DNA from: Hyalangium minutum | GTDB lineage: Bacteria > Myxococcota > Myxococcia > Myxococcales > Myxococcaceae | Assembly: GCF_000737315.1 (NCBI RefSeq) | Contig: NZ_JMCB01000013.1 | Location: 124,001-188,000 of the forward strand | Direction: 5' to 3' | Length of the DNA: 64,000 nt | Shown: positions 49,435 to 58,755 of the stretch, in pieces | Layout: each line of letters starts with the position of its first letter | Position numbering within the stretch: the first letter of the stretch is position 1 | Position numbers and translations under genes: made by a program | Notes under the pieces: model-generated | The model's input: only the letters and a program-made list of their open reading frames with translations | Database searches by the model: none | Told to the model about the DNA's origin: nothing

Positions 49435-49989
49435 CTATTGCAGGTGTGGAGCGCCCCCATCGGCTGAGGAGAGGCCCCCATCTGGACTGACAGTGGGGAC
49501 TCCCCCGTCTGCCTGTTCCGCCGGGCTCCTGGGCTTCCCTGCGTCCGGGACGCTGGGGCCCCAGGGAGCCTCAGGTTCAGTTCCGATGACCCGACGGAGA
49601 ATGCGGCCGTTGGTGCTGATGGCGTACTTCGCGCCCGTGTCCACGGAGATGTACTGCGGACCGCAGAAGTCAGGGTCCTCCATGATGCGGACAAAGATGA
49701 TGTCGTCCTGACGGATGATTCGATAGCGATATGCCTCCGGCCTCATCCAGCAGGGCCGGTTCTCGTTGTCCGAGGGGAGAAAGTCATGGACAGCGATGCT
49801 GAGGGCTCGGAGGAGCGTGCCATCCAGCTCGTACGGCTTCTGTCCGGCACCGACCGCCACCGCTGAGTCCGCGAAGAACGGTGGGAACGCAATGGACGGA
49901 TCGTTCTCCTGCGGGAGCTGGCGCGAGCCCGGGGACCGCGCACATCCCACGAGGATCAGGGCCGCAAGCCACAGGGACACGTTGGTCAT
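49435..49989 (-). CDS. Hypothetical lipoprotein
   Basis: MTNVSLWLAALILVG-C lipobox; two Cys (RPCW, DFCG); lower GC than core genes. Confidence 0.75.
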   Translation of the reverse strand: MTNVSLWLAALILVGCARSPGSRQLPQENDPSIAFPPFFADSAVAVGAGQKPYELDGTLLRALSIAVHDFLPSDNENRPCWMRPEAYRYRIIRQDDIIFVRIMEDPDFCGPQYISVDTGAKYAISTNGRILRRVIGTEPEAPWGPSVPDAGKPRSPAEQADGGVPTVSPDGGLSSADGGAPHLQ

Positions 49990-50032
49990 CCGCATGGGGC
50001 CCTCTCGACGCACGTTCCGCCGCAGCAGGTGA

Positions 50033-50773
50033 TTACTTCGCAGGAGCAAATTGGAAATCCGTCTCACTGGTCCAGTGGACGGTGCCGACGGGGGTCTTGT
50101 GCCACTGGCCTTGTGCATCCGGTGTCCATTTCAGCACCTCGGTGCTTCCGTGGCTGTACTCATAGAAGCCGTCGCACGAGAACGGTTCCGGTGGGTGAGC
50201 GTTCGAGATGAAGGCGACGATGCTGACAGGGACGACGCCTTGCTCCGTTTGAACAGAGCCGCCATGAATCCGGGCGATCTTCGCCACGGCAGCGATGTCT
50301 TCCTCCGAGATGTTGGTGGGCGTGGCGGGATGGTTGTGAAGGAAGTACAGGTATTGGAGGCTGCGAGGGGGATATCGCGGGTCCTCCACGAAGGCCGGGG
50401 CTCTGCAGCCCTTTTCGCCGTTGGCGCGAAGCGGCTCCGTGCTCTCCACGAGGTAGCTCAGCTCGTATTGGTGGGTTGGCGTGTAGTAGAGCCAGGCGCA
50501 GTACTCGTTTGATACGCGCCACCGCACAGGGAAACTCGTGTCATCCGAGCGCCCAGCCGTTGCGTTGCGCTGACCCAGGATGAGTGGGCAGGCCGCCAGC
50601 AGCGCATCCCAAGAGGTGGGGAACGGTCCCTGGCCTGGAAATGGGCCGGCTACGCTGGAAGGGATCTTCCCGGACTCAAAGCGCACAACGCCTGGAGGTG
50701 GCGGAGTGGGAACGCATCCCCAGGCCGCAAGAAGCCCCAGCAGGTAGGCCCAGAGTGGTCTCCCCACATGCAT
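50033..50773 (-). CDS. Lipoprotein with a JAB/MPN+ (JAMM) metallo-isopeptidase-like motif
   Basis: LLAAWG-C lipobox; NEYCAWL ... HNHPATPTNISEED = E..HxHx7SxxD; start could be 50788. Confidence 0.7.
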   Translation of the reverse strand: MHVGRPLWAYLLGLLAAWGCVPTPPPPGVVRFESGKIPSSVAGPFPGQGPFPTSWDALLAACPLILGQRNATAGRSDDTSFPVRWRVSNEYCAWLYYTPTHQYELSYLVESTEPLRANGEKGCRAPAFVEDPRYPPRSLQYLYFLHNHPATPTNISEEDIAAVAKIARIHGGSVQTEQGVVPVSIVAFISNAHPPEPFSCDGFYEYSHGSTEVLKWTPDAQGQWHKTPVGTVHWTSETDFQFAPAK

Positions 50774-50804
50774 GGTCCTCTCCTGCACTGATTGTAGGTG
50801 GACC

Positions 50805-51998
50805 TTACGCCGTCTCGGGGAGGCCCGCGGCGTTCAGCCGGGTGAAGACCTGCATCACGAGGTACAGCGCGAAGGCGGCGTCATCCACCCGCGCCGTGTC
50901 CACGTGGTTGGACAGCCCCTGCAGCCGCAGCAGGTCCGAGCCATCCACCCGCAGCAGGAAGCCCTGCTGTGCCAACGAGCCCTCTCCCGCCAACGCCAGG
51001 GCTCGCCGGACCGCGTCCACGCACGCTTTCACGCACTGGGCATACTGTCCGCTGGCGAATGCGGTCTCCGCCGCACGGGCGTGGTCGAACAGCTCTCCCG
51101 GCGCCAGCGCCGTCGCAGGCCCCATCGCCCGTTGGCCCGCCGTGCGAGGGACGGGCACCGCCGAGGAGTTCGGAGTCACCTCCATCCGAGCCGCAGGAGC
51201 CATGGCTGCCGCCACGATGGGCGCGGGCCCACCCGCCGAGGCCACCGCAGGCAGTGTCGTCGAGGAGGGCGGGTGCTGCCGGGGCGTCATCGCCGGAGGT
51301 TGCACTGCCTGCATCGTCTGGGACGGCCGCGTCGGCAGGTGCTGGCTCAGCTGCGCCTCCAGCCCTGCTCCCGGAGCCACAGGGCTCGGGGTCGGGCGGG
51401 GCGGGGGAACGATGCGCTTGGCCCGGAGATCCTTGATGACCAGCCGGGTGATGGCTTTGAGCGAGTCCAGCACCCCCTGGCCGCTCGTGGCCGAGGTCTC
51501 GAACTCAGGCGCGCCGCGCGCGTTCAGCGCCGCTCGCATCTGCTCCACGGGCATTGCCTTGTCGATGTCCCGCTTGTTCCACTGCATCACCAGCGGGAAC
51601 CGATCCAGCCGGATGCCCTGCTCGAGCAGGTTCTCCTCCAGGTTTTGCAGCGACTCGCGGTTGGAGTCCAACGCCTCCGGCTGCGAGTCCGCCACGAACA
51701 CCACCCCGTCCGCCCCCTGCAGCACCAGCTTGCGCGTGGCGTTGTAGAAGACCTGGCCCGGCACCGTGTACAGCGCCAGCCGCACGGAGCAGTCATTCAC
51801 CCGCTCCACCTTCACCGGCAGGAAGTCGAAGAAGAGGGTGCGGTCGCCCTCCGTGGCGATGGACATCATCTCGCCTCGGTGCGCCGGCCGGACCGTCTCG
51901 TAGATCTTCCGCAAGGTCGTCGTCTTGCCCGACAACCCCGGTCCGTAGAAAACGATCTTCGCGGCCACTTCGCGGGCCAACAGGTTCACGCTGCTCAC
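50805..51998 (-). CDS. MglA-like small GTPase with a Pro-rich linker and C-terminal helical domain
   Basis: G1 GPGLSGKTT, DRTLFFDF, TVPGQ, VFVADS and NKRD; about 200 extra C-terminal residues. Confidence 0.92.
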   Translation of the reverse strand: MSSVNLLAREVAAKIVFYGPGLSGKTTTLRKIYETVRPAHRGEMMSIATEGDRTLFFDFLPVKVERVNDCSVRLALYTVPGQVFYNATRKLVLQGADGVVFVADSQPEALDSNRESLQNLEENLLEQGIRLDRFPLVMQWNKRDIDKAMPVEQMRAALNARGAPEFETSATSGQGVLDSLKAITRLVIKDLRAKRIVPPPRPTPSPVAPGAGLEAQLSQHLPTRPSQTMQAVQPPAMTPRQHPPSSTTLPAVASAGGPAPIVAAAMAPAARMEVTPNSSAVPVPRTAGQRAMGPATALAPGELFDHARAAETAFASGQYAQCVKACVDAVRRALALAGEGSLAQQGFLLRVDGSDLLRLQGLSNHVDTARVDDAAFALYLVMQVFTRLNAAGLPETA

Positions 51999-53149
51999 GG
52001 TGTAAGCTTACCTAGAACGACTCTGCGTCTCGCGCCAGTCGCCGACGGTACATTCGCTGGGGTCCCCAGCAGGTGCTCGGCCGCCAGCAAGGCAAAGCAG
52101 GCGGCTTCCTTGGCTCCTTCGGGAAACCCCAGGGTGTCCAGCGGCTTCACCGGCACAGGCCCCAGCCGCGCCGTGAACCGCTCCATCAGCGCCGGATTTC
52201 GGCTTCCTCCTCCAGAGACGTACACCGCCTCCAAGGACTTGAAACGGGGGAGGACGTAGGCCTCGTAGGCCCGCGCCGTGGCCTCCACCGTGAAAGCCAG
52301 CGCCGTGGCCAGCAGATCCGCCGGACGATCCGGGGACTGCTCCCAGAGGAAGGACACCAGCGCCTCGCCAAACCCCTCGCGCCCCGCGCTCCGAGGCGGC
52401 GGCAGGGCGAAGAACGGGTGCGTCAGCAGGTCCGCCAGCAGCGCCGGGATGGGCTTGCCCTGCCGAGACAGCTGCCCGTCCAAGTCACACTGGAGCTTGC
52501 CCCCCGTCATCCGCCGCGCCAGCCCGTCCAGCACCATGTTGCCCGGGCCCGTGTCGAAGGCGAGCACGTCGTCCAGCCGCTCGCCCACCACGCTCACGTT
52601 GGCGATGCCACCAATGTTCTGGAACGCTCGCACCGCCCCCGGCTGCCGGAACACCGCCCAGTCGAAGTAGGGCACCAGCGGCGCCCCCTGGCCCCCTGCG
52701 GCCATGTCCCGTGTACGGAAGTCACTCACCACAGGGATGCCCAGGCGCTCGGCGATGACGGAGGCTTCGCCCAGCTGCAGGGTGGAGGGCGTGGTGGAGA
52801 GGCTCGTGGGCAGGTGCGCCATCGTCTGCCCGTGCGAGCCGATCACATCCACGTCCCCGTTGCGCAGGCCCGCGCGGGTGATGACGGCCTGGGCCGCCTC
52901 TGCGAAGCGCTCGCCCAGCTCGAAGTTGAGCTCACAGAGCGAGCGCGCATCCTGCGGCCCGAGCACGCGCTGGATGAACTCCGGCGGGAACGGGCGGGAG
53001 ACGTGCGTCAGCAGCTTCAGCGTCACGGAGGGGCCCGTGCCCTCGATCTTGCAGAGCACCGCCTCCACCGCGTCCACGCTCGTGCCAGAGATCAGCCCCA
53101 CACAGAGGCGAGGGCGGCTCGGGTCGGCGGGGGAGCGAGGGGGGCGCAT
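51995..53149 (-). CDS. anmK: Anhydro-N-acetylmuramic acid kinase
   Basis: GLISGTSVDAVE, GSHGQT, DFRTRDMAAGGQGAPLVP, NIGGIAN, DTGPGN and SGGG motifs. Confidence 0.96.
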   Translation of the reverse strand: MRPPRSPADPSRPRLCVGLISGTSVDAVEAVLCKIEGTGPSVTLKLLTHVSRPFPPEFIQRVLGPQDARSLCELNFELGERFAEAAQAVITRAGLRNGDVDVIGSHGQTMAHLPTSLSTTPSTLQLGEASVIAERLGIPVVSDFRTRDMAAGGQGAPLVPYFDWAVFRQPGAVRAFQNIGGIANVSVVGERLDDVLAFDTGPGNMVLDGLARRMTGGKLQCDLDGQLSRQGKPIPALLADLLTHPFFALPPPRSAGREGFGEALVSFLWEQSPDRPADLLATALAFTVEATARAYEAYVLPRFKSLEAVYVSGGGSRNPALMERFTARLGPVPVKPLDTLGFPEGAKEAACFALLAAEHLLGTPANVPSATGARRRVVLGKLTP

Positions 53150-53252
53150 GGTCCGATTGTAAGCCCCCGGGCTCACGCTGGCCCGGAAACAGTGGATGCG
53201 CGAAGGGAGGGGGGCTGAGTGCTCGCCAAAACGGACGGGGCGTGAGAGCAGG

Positions 53253-53888
53253 CTACCGGTTGCAGGCCTGATCCATGCCGCCCTCGCAGGCCTTCTGGAA
53301 CAGCTCGACGGCGCGCTTCGGATCCGCCGTCACGCCACGGCCTTTCTCGTAGAAGAGGCCGAGGTTGAAGCAGGCACCGGCCTCACCTGTCGCGCAGGAT
53401 TGCTCGAAGATCTTGGCGGCGCGGCTGTCGTCCTGCGTCACACCCCGGCCCTGGGCATACAAGGCGCCGAGGTTGGTGCAGCCCCGGCTCGCACCCAAAG
53501 TGCAGGCCTTGTCGAAGAGCAGGGCGGCGTGGCCGTCGTCGCGCGTCACGCCGCTGCCCTGCACATAGAGGATGCCCAGGTTGGTGCAGCCGCGGGCGTC
53601 ATCGCCATCGCAGGCCTTCTCGAAGAGCGGGGCGGCGCGGCTGTCATCCTTCTCCACGCCCACGCCCTCCCAGTAGCTGACGCCCAGTTGGTAGCAGCCC
53701 TCCTTGTCGCCGGCCGCGCAGGCCTTCTCGCGATCAACAAAGGTCGGCTGGGCGGGCGTGACGGCGGTGGCGTCGTGCACTGCGGAGGGAGCGGCGGCGG
53801 CGGGCTTGCTCGTGGCGCAGCCTCCAAGTCCCACTGCGAGCGCGCAGATTCCGAGCATGAGGGCTGAAGCGTAGGGCGACGGTGACAT
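53253..53888 (-). CDS. Sel1-like (Hcp-type) repeat lipoprotein
   Basis: Lipobox LGG-C; four 36-aa repeats (AC..G...GC.NLG..Y..G.GV..D...A...F) plus a cap. Confidence 0.9.
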   Translation of the reverse strand: MSPSPYASALMLGICALAVGLGGCATSKPAAAAPSAVHDATAVTPAQPTFVDREKACAAGDKEGCYQLGVSYWEGVGVEKDDSRAAPLFEKACDGDDARGCTNLGILYVQGSGVTRDDGHAALLFDKACTLGASRGCTNLGALYAQGRGVTQDDSRAAKIFEQSCATGEAGACFNLGLFYEKGRGVTADPKRAVELFQKACEGGMDQACNR

Positions 53889-53905
53889 GACTGCCTCCTG
53901 GGGGC

Positions 53906-54832
53906 TCACGGCGTGCGTCGGGGTTTGGACTTCTGCTGCTCGAGGGTTCGCAGGGAGTCGCGCTGGAGCCGTGCTTGCGCCTCTTCCCGGCCCAACCCGG
54001 TGAAGTGCATCGCGAGCGCCGTCTTCACAGAGCCGCCCGCGGTGCTCAGCAGCCGTCGCGCCCGTGCGAGGGGCAGCTCCGTCAGCTCCGCCACCATGCG
54101 CACGGCACGCGCTTGGAGCTTCGCGTTGGCCGGGCGCACGTCCACCATCCGCCCGCGGTACACCTTGCCCAGCGAGACGAAGGCCGCCGTGGTGAGCGCA
54201 TTGAGGATCAACTTGGTGGCGGTGCCCGCCTTGAGCCGCGTGGAGCCCGCCACCAGCTCCGGGCCCGTCACCGCCAGGATCAGGATGTCTACCTGGAGCC
54301 GAGGCCCAGGAGGGTTACAGCACACGAGCACCGTCCGCGCTCCCCGTCGCCGCGCCTCGGCCAGCGCCCCGAGCACATAGGGCGTGGATGCACTGGCGGA
54401 GATGCCGCACACCACGTCCTTGGGGCCCGCGCGGAACCGGCGCACGGACTGAGCGCCTGCGGCCGGATCATCCTCGGCGCCTTCCACGGCGCGAGTCAGC
54501 GCCCGGTGGCCTCCGGCGATAACGGCCTGGACCTGGGAGGGAGGAGAACCAAACGTCGGCGGGCACTCACTGGCGTCGAGCACGCCGAGTCGCCCGCTGG
54601 TGCCAGCGCCCACGTAGAGCAGCCGGCCCCCGGCCCGCAACGCATCCGCTACGGCCCGCGCTGCTTCCGCTACGGACGGGAGCGCGCTGCGGACCGCTCG
54701 GACGGCAGCCAGGTCTTCCTGATGCATCCGGCGGACGAGGGCCTCGACAGAGAGGAGGTCCAGCTCGTCCGCGCGGGGATGAAGCCGCTCAGTGGGCGGG
54801 AGCGCGAGCGGAGTCGAACGCGGCCTTCCCAC
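53906..54832 (-). CDS. murQ: N-acetylmuramic acid 6-phosphate etherase
   Basis: GAGTSGRLGVLDASECPPTF, EGAED, GPELVAGSTRLKAGTATK and GRMVDV motifs. Confidence 0.96.
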   Translation of the reverse strand: MGRPRSTPLALPPTERLHPRADELDLLSVEALVRRMHQEDLAAVRAVRSALPSVAEAARAVADALRAGGRLLYVGAGTSGRLGVLDASECPPTFGSPPSQVQAVIAGGHRALTRAVEGAEDDPAAGAQSVRRFRAGPKDVVCGISASASTPYVLGALAEARRRGARTVLVCCNPPGPRLQVDILILAVTGPELVAGSTRLKAGTATKLILNALTTAAFVSLGKVYRGRMVDVRPANAKLQARAVRMVAELTELPLARARRLLSTAGGSVKTALAMHFTGLGREEAQARLQRDSLRTLEQQKSKPRRTP

Positions 54833-54849
54833 CCTCGAGCGCTCGGCGA

Positions 54850-55041
54850 TCAGGCGGCCTTGGTGATCTTGCCCGCCTTGATGCAGCGGGTGCAGGCCAG
54901 GACGCGCTCGGTACGGCCCTCAACGCTGGCCCGGATCTTCTGGAGGTTCGGCAGCGTCCGCTTCTTGGTCTTGTTGTTCGCGTGGGAGACGTTGTTGCCC
55001 ACGAGCGGCCGCTTCCCACAGATGTCACACTTCCACGCCAT
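54850..55041 (-). CDS. rpmB: 50S ribosomal protein L28 (Zn-ribbon form)
   Basis: [34 protein letters not shown]...CTRCIKAGK; SD AAGGAG. Confidence 0.97.
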   Translation of the reverse strand: MAWKCDICGKRPLVGNNVSHANNKTKKRTLPNLQKIRASVEGRTERVLACTRCIKAGKITKAA

Positions 55042-55142
55042 GACAGCCAACTCCTTGAAAACAGGGGCTTTACAGGCTCTGCCCCGAAAAGAGCGGCGGA
55101 ACCTACCAGAAATCCCCTGAAAATCCAGCCGATCCGTTGGGC

Positions 55143-56654
55143 CTACCCCGCCGTGGGGGTCTTCTTCTTGAGCATTTCCTGCACGAGCCGCGCGGCGCGC
55201 ATCCCCGCGAGGAACTCGCCCTCCAGGCCCAGGCCAGGGAGCACCTCGCGGCCGGCGAGGAGGATGTTCTTCGCCGGCGTGCGCTGCTTCAAACCCGTGA
55301 CGCCCAGGAAGGCTTCCGCCTCGAAGGTGTAGAGGGGGTGGGGCATGAGCCTGCTGCCTCGCACGCCGCCAGCGTCCAAGTACGGCGCCGAGCGCAGCAC
55401 CCGGTGGGGCAGGGTGAAGGGCATCAGCGTCTCCAGCTCCTTGTCGATGCGCTGCGCAAGGACTTGCATGTGCTCTTCGCCCAGATCCCTCACGGAGGCG
55501 GGCACGAACGCGGCGGCGCAGACCACGCGGAGGGACTCGTCCTCCTGGCCCGACGGGGTGCGCGCCGGGTGGACCTGGATCAGCAGCGGCCGGAGCTCCA
55601 CGTCCTCGCTCTCCACGAGGAGCAGCTCGCCCATGCCTCGGGGCAGGGCGTTCGCGGGGACCACCCAGTTCACCGCGAAGAGCAGGGAGCGGTTGGTGGA
55701 GGCATCCAGGTGCTCGAGCAGGCTGCGGTGCCGCTTGCGGTCGGTGATGAGCCGCCGCAGCGCGCTCGAGTCCATGGCCGACACCAGGCACGAGGCCCGG
55801 TAGACGACGTCCGAGCGCACCAACTTCACGCCGGAGAAGCGCGCCCCATCGAAGGTGATCTCCTCGACGACGTAGCTGTCCGAGTTCTCGCGGGTGAGCA
55901 CGTCGCCGCCCAGCTCGGAGAGCCGCTTGACGATCATCTCGCGCAGGCCCTCGTTTCCGCCGGGGAAGCGCTGGGGAGACTGGAGCGCCTGGGACAAGGG
56001 GCGGGTGAGCGACAGGGGCGAGGAGGCCTCGTCCAGGTGGATCAGGAAGGGCAGCAGGCCCCGCAGCAGGGCGCCGGGCGGGGTGTTGTTGGACAGGCGC
56101 GGGTGTTTCTCCAGGCCCTCGTGCTGGCCGATCTTCTTTTTCAGGCCCCACGCCTCGAAGAAGCCATCCGGGGGCAGGTTGGGCTGCTCCTTGAGGAAGG
56201 CGTTGCTCTCTTCGTGCTGGGAGGCGGTGGTGGTGAGGGCAGCGAAGAGGCCCTCGGCCGCGTCACCGAACTCGCGGACCAGCTCGGCGCGACGGCGCGC
56301 AGGATCGGGCTGCAGATCCACCCGGTGGCGGGGCAGGACGAGCTGCAGCTCGGGCTGGTGCGGGCGCAGGGAGCGCTGGACGGTGGTGGTGAGGCCCAGC
56401 TCAGTGAAGGCCTCCTCCACGAGGGGCATCGCCTTGAGCGGGGGCGTGATGGAGGGTCCGTAGGGGAGCACATAGCCGCCGTGCTCGTAGCCAGTGCCGG
56501 TGCCGTCATGGTCGATGAGCAGCACACGGTGCTTGCGCTTGGCCAGGAGCGCGGCCGTGAGGGCTCCGCCCAGTTGGCTGCCCACGACGATGGCGTCGTA
56601 GACGTGCCGGGAGGGACCCGAGGGAACCTGGAGTCTGGCGGGCTGGGTGGCCAT
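55143..56654 (-). CDS. FAD/NAD(P)-fold oxidoreductase (phytoene desaturase-like), atypical Rossmann motif
   Basis: [22 protein letters not shown]...VLLID; C-terminal [17 protein letters not shown]. Confidence 0.7.
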   Translation of the reverse strand: MATQPARLQVPSGPSRHVYDAIVVGSQLGGALTAALLAKRKHRVLLIDHDGTGTGYEHGGYVLPYGPSITPPLKAMPLVEEAFTELGLTTTVQRSLRPHQPELQLVLPRHRVDLQPDPARRRAELVREFGDAAEGLFAALTTTASQHEESNAFLKEQPNLPPDGFFEAWGLKKKIGQHEGLEKHPRLSNNTPPGALLRGLLPFLIHLDEASSPLSLTRPLSQALQSPQRFPGGNEGLREMIVKRLSELGGDVLTRENSDSYVVEEITFDGARFSGVKLVRSDVVYRASCLVSAMDSSALRRLITDRKRHRSLLEHLDASTNRSLLFAVNWVVPANALPRGMGELLLVESEDVELRPLLIQVHPARTPSGQEDESLRVVCAAAFVPASVRDLGEEHMQVLAQRIDKELETLMPFTLPHRVLRSAPYLDAGGVRGSRLMPHPLYTFEAEAFLGVTGLKQRTPAKNILLAGREVLPGLGLEGEFLAGMRAARLVQEMLKKKTPTAG

Positions 56655-56818
56655 TCGGGGGGCACACTACACAACGTCCCGGCTCCTGGCGCCTTTCTGA
56701 TGCGCGGACCTGTCGGGTGCCCTGCGAGTCCGGGTGGGGCCTCAGGGCCTTGGACTGGGGGCGGAGTCCCGCCGGTTGTGCGCTCAGTAGGGGCAAGGGT
56801 GGGAGCGCGCGGGCGGGG

Positions 56819-57511
56819 TCAGACGGCGCGCGCCGCCGCGATCAGGAGCCGGGCCTCCAGATCGGGCGGGAGGGTGGCGAAGTCTGGAGCCACCCACTGG
56901 GCGCCTGCCTCGCGGAGCACCTCGGGGGGCGTGGTGCTGGTGATGCCCACCGCGGCCATGCCCGCCGCGCGTGCCGCGATGATGCCGTTCACCGCATCCT
57001 CGAAGACGACGCACGAGGCGGGATCGACATCGAGCGCCTTGGCTGCGGCCAGGAAGATGTCCGGCGCGGGCTTGCCCCGGACCACCTCTTCGGCGCCGAC
57101 GACGCGCGCGAACAGCGAGCGGATGCCGAGCCCATCAAGCACCAGTGCACGGTTTCCCGTGGGGGCAGCGGTGGCGACGGCCAGCCGGGCCCCCGCGCTT
57201 CGCAGGCGGGCGATGAAGGCCTCGGCGCCTCTCATGAGCGATAGGTGGGGCTTATAGAGCTGGCGGTAGTGGGTCTCCTTCTCCTCGGCCAGCTGGTTCA
57301 GTTCTTCGGCAGAGAGGGGACGGCCCAGCAGGATGGGGAGGATCTCCTCGTTCTTCTTGCCCGCGAACTCGCGCTCGAACCGCTCGGCGGTGGCGTCGAT
57401 GCCGAGGCGCTGCGAGAGGGACACCCAGGCCTCGGAGTGGAAGCGCATGTTGTCGACGAGGGTGCCATCCATGTCGAAGATGGCGGCGTGCAGAAGTGTA
57501 GGCGCGATCAT
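56819..57511 (-). CDS. HAD family phosphatase (beta-PGM-like)
   Basis: IFDMDGTL, VATAA, KPAPDIF and VFEDA motifs. Confidence 0.92.
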   Translation of the reverse strand: MIAPTLLHAAIFDMDGTLVDNMRFHSEAWVSLSQRLGIDATAERFEREFAGKKNEEILPILLGRPLSAEELNQLAEEKETHYRQLYKPHLSLMRGAEAFIARLRSAGARLAVATAAPTGNRALVLDGLGIRSLFARVVGAEEVVRGKPAPDIFLAAAKALDVDPASCVVFEDAVNGIIAARAAGMAAVGITSTTPPEVLREAGAQWVAPDFATLPPDLEARLLIAAARAV

Positions 57512-57604
57512 GTCTCCTGAATTATCGCGTCCCGCGCCAGGATGGGATCGGGAAGCGCACGGAGGTGTCTGTCTGCTTGAGTGGGAGGAGGCCAGACCCG
57601 TGCC

Positions 57605-58096
57605 TCACAGCTCCTCGTCACTGAGGATGATGACCCCAGCGGAGTGGAGCAGGGCGGCTGTGACGCCTCGGCCCCGGACCACCTGGCCGTTCACGTGCGT
57701 GCCTTGGCTGCCGCATGAAGGGCTGCGCTCCTTGAGCACGGCCACCTTCACTCCGAAGCGCTTTACCGCCTCCAGGGCCAGCTCCGCGCCGTAGCGGAAC
57801 GCGGCTGTCCGGTCATCGCCCGTCGCGGCCACCACCGCCTGGGCCTGGCCCGCCAGCACCGCCTCTCCCGTGCCTCCGCGCAGCTCCACCGCGGGCCTCG
57901 GAATGCCCAGGCCCGCGCCCGTCTCCGGGCACACGGGCACGAGCTCCTTGCCCTCCAGTGCCCGCATCACCGGGTTCGAGCCTTTCGACTTCCCGTCGTA
58001 CCGGCAGGCTTCACCGAATAGGCACGCACTCACCAGCACCACCGAAGCCTCGCGCAGCGCCGCTAGCCGCTCCTCTTGCGTCAGCTCCACAGTCAT
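57605..58096 (-). CDS. DUF523 / TudS-like thiouracil desulfurase family Fe-S protein
   Basis: VSACLFGEACRYDG, PVCPE and LKERSPSCG motifs. Confidence 0.88.
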   Translation of the reverse strand: MTVELTQEERLAALREASVVLVSACLFGEACRYDGKSKGSNPVMRALEGKELVPVCPETGAGLGIPRPAVELRGGTGEAVLAGQAQAVVAATGDDRTAAFRYGAELALEAVKRFGVKVAVLKERSPSCGSQGTHVNGQVVRGRGVTAALLHSAGVIILSDEEL

Positions 58097-58755
58097 GGCG
58101 CCCCAGGGCTCCGCAGGCTCTGCTCGCTTCCCGTGACTTGCGCGGCCACCCGCGTTCCAGTCCCTTCCAGCGTCACCTTCCCCGTCACCACCAGACGCAC
58201 CGCCAGCGGGTAGAGCTTATGCTCCTCCGCGAGGATGCGCGCGCTCAGGCTTGCTTCGTCATCCCCTGGCAGCACCGGCACCGCCGCCTGCGCGATGATC
58301 GGCCCCGTGTCCGTGCCCGCGTCCACGAAGTGCACCGTGCATCCGGCGATCTTCACCCCGCGTTCCAGCGCCTGCCTTTGGGCATGCAGCCCCGTGAACG
58401 CTGGTAGCAGGGAAGGGTGGATGTTCAACACTCGCCCCGGAAATCTCGCCAGGAAGTCCGCGCTCACCAGCCGCATGAAGCCCGCCAGACACACCCACTC
58501 CACGCCCGCCTTCTCCAGCTCATCCCCGAGCGCCCGCTCGAAGTCCGCCCGCGAGCCGAACGCATTGTGATCCAGCGCCACCGCGGGCACTCCCGCCTTG
58601 CGCGCCCGCTCCAGCCCGAACGCGGTGGGCACGTTGGACACCACGCACACCACCTGCGCCGGGAAGTCCGCCTGCGCGCACGCGTCCAGCAGCGCCTGCA
58701 GGTTGCTCCCGCTGCCGGAGATCAGCACCGCCAGCCGGGCTCGCCCGCCGCTCAT
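58093..58755 (-). CDS. purN: Phosphoribosylglycinamide formyltransferase
   Basis: [25 protein letters not shown] and [13 protein letters not shown] motifs. Confidence 0.97.
   Translation of the reverse strand: MSGGRARLAVLISGSGSNLQALLDACAQADFPAQVVCVVSNVPTAFGLERARKAGVPAVALDHNAFGSRADFERALGDELEKAGVEWVCLAGFMRLVSADFLARFPGRVLNIHPSLLPAFTGLHAQRQALERGVKIAGCTVHFVDAGTDTGPIIAQAAVPVLPGDDEASLSARILAEEHKLYPLAVRLVVTGKVTLEGTGTRVAAQVTGSEQSLRSPGAP

Noticed and set aside
49388-50804. IS or phage boundaries around the lipoprotein pair
   Set aside because: No terminal inverted repeats, target duplication, transposase or integrase visible; the acquisition mechanism cannot be assigned.
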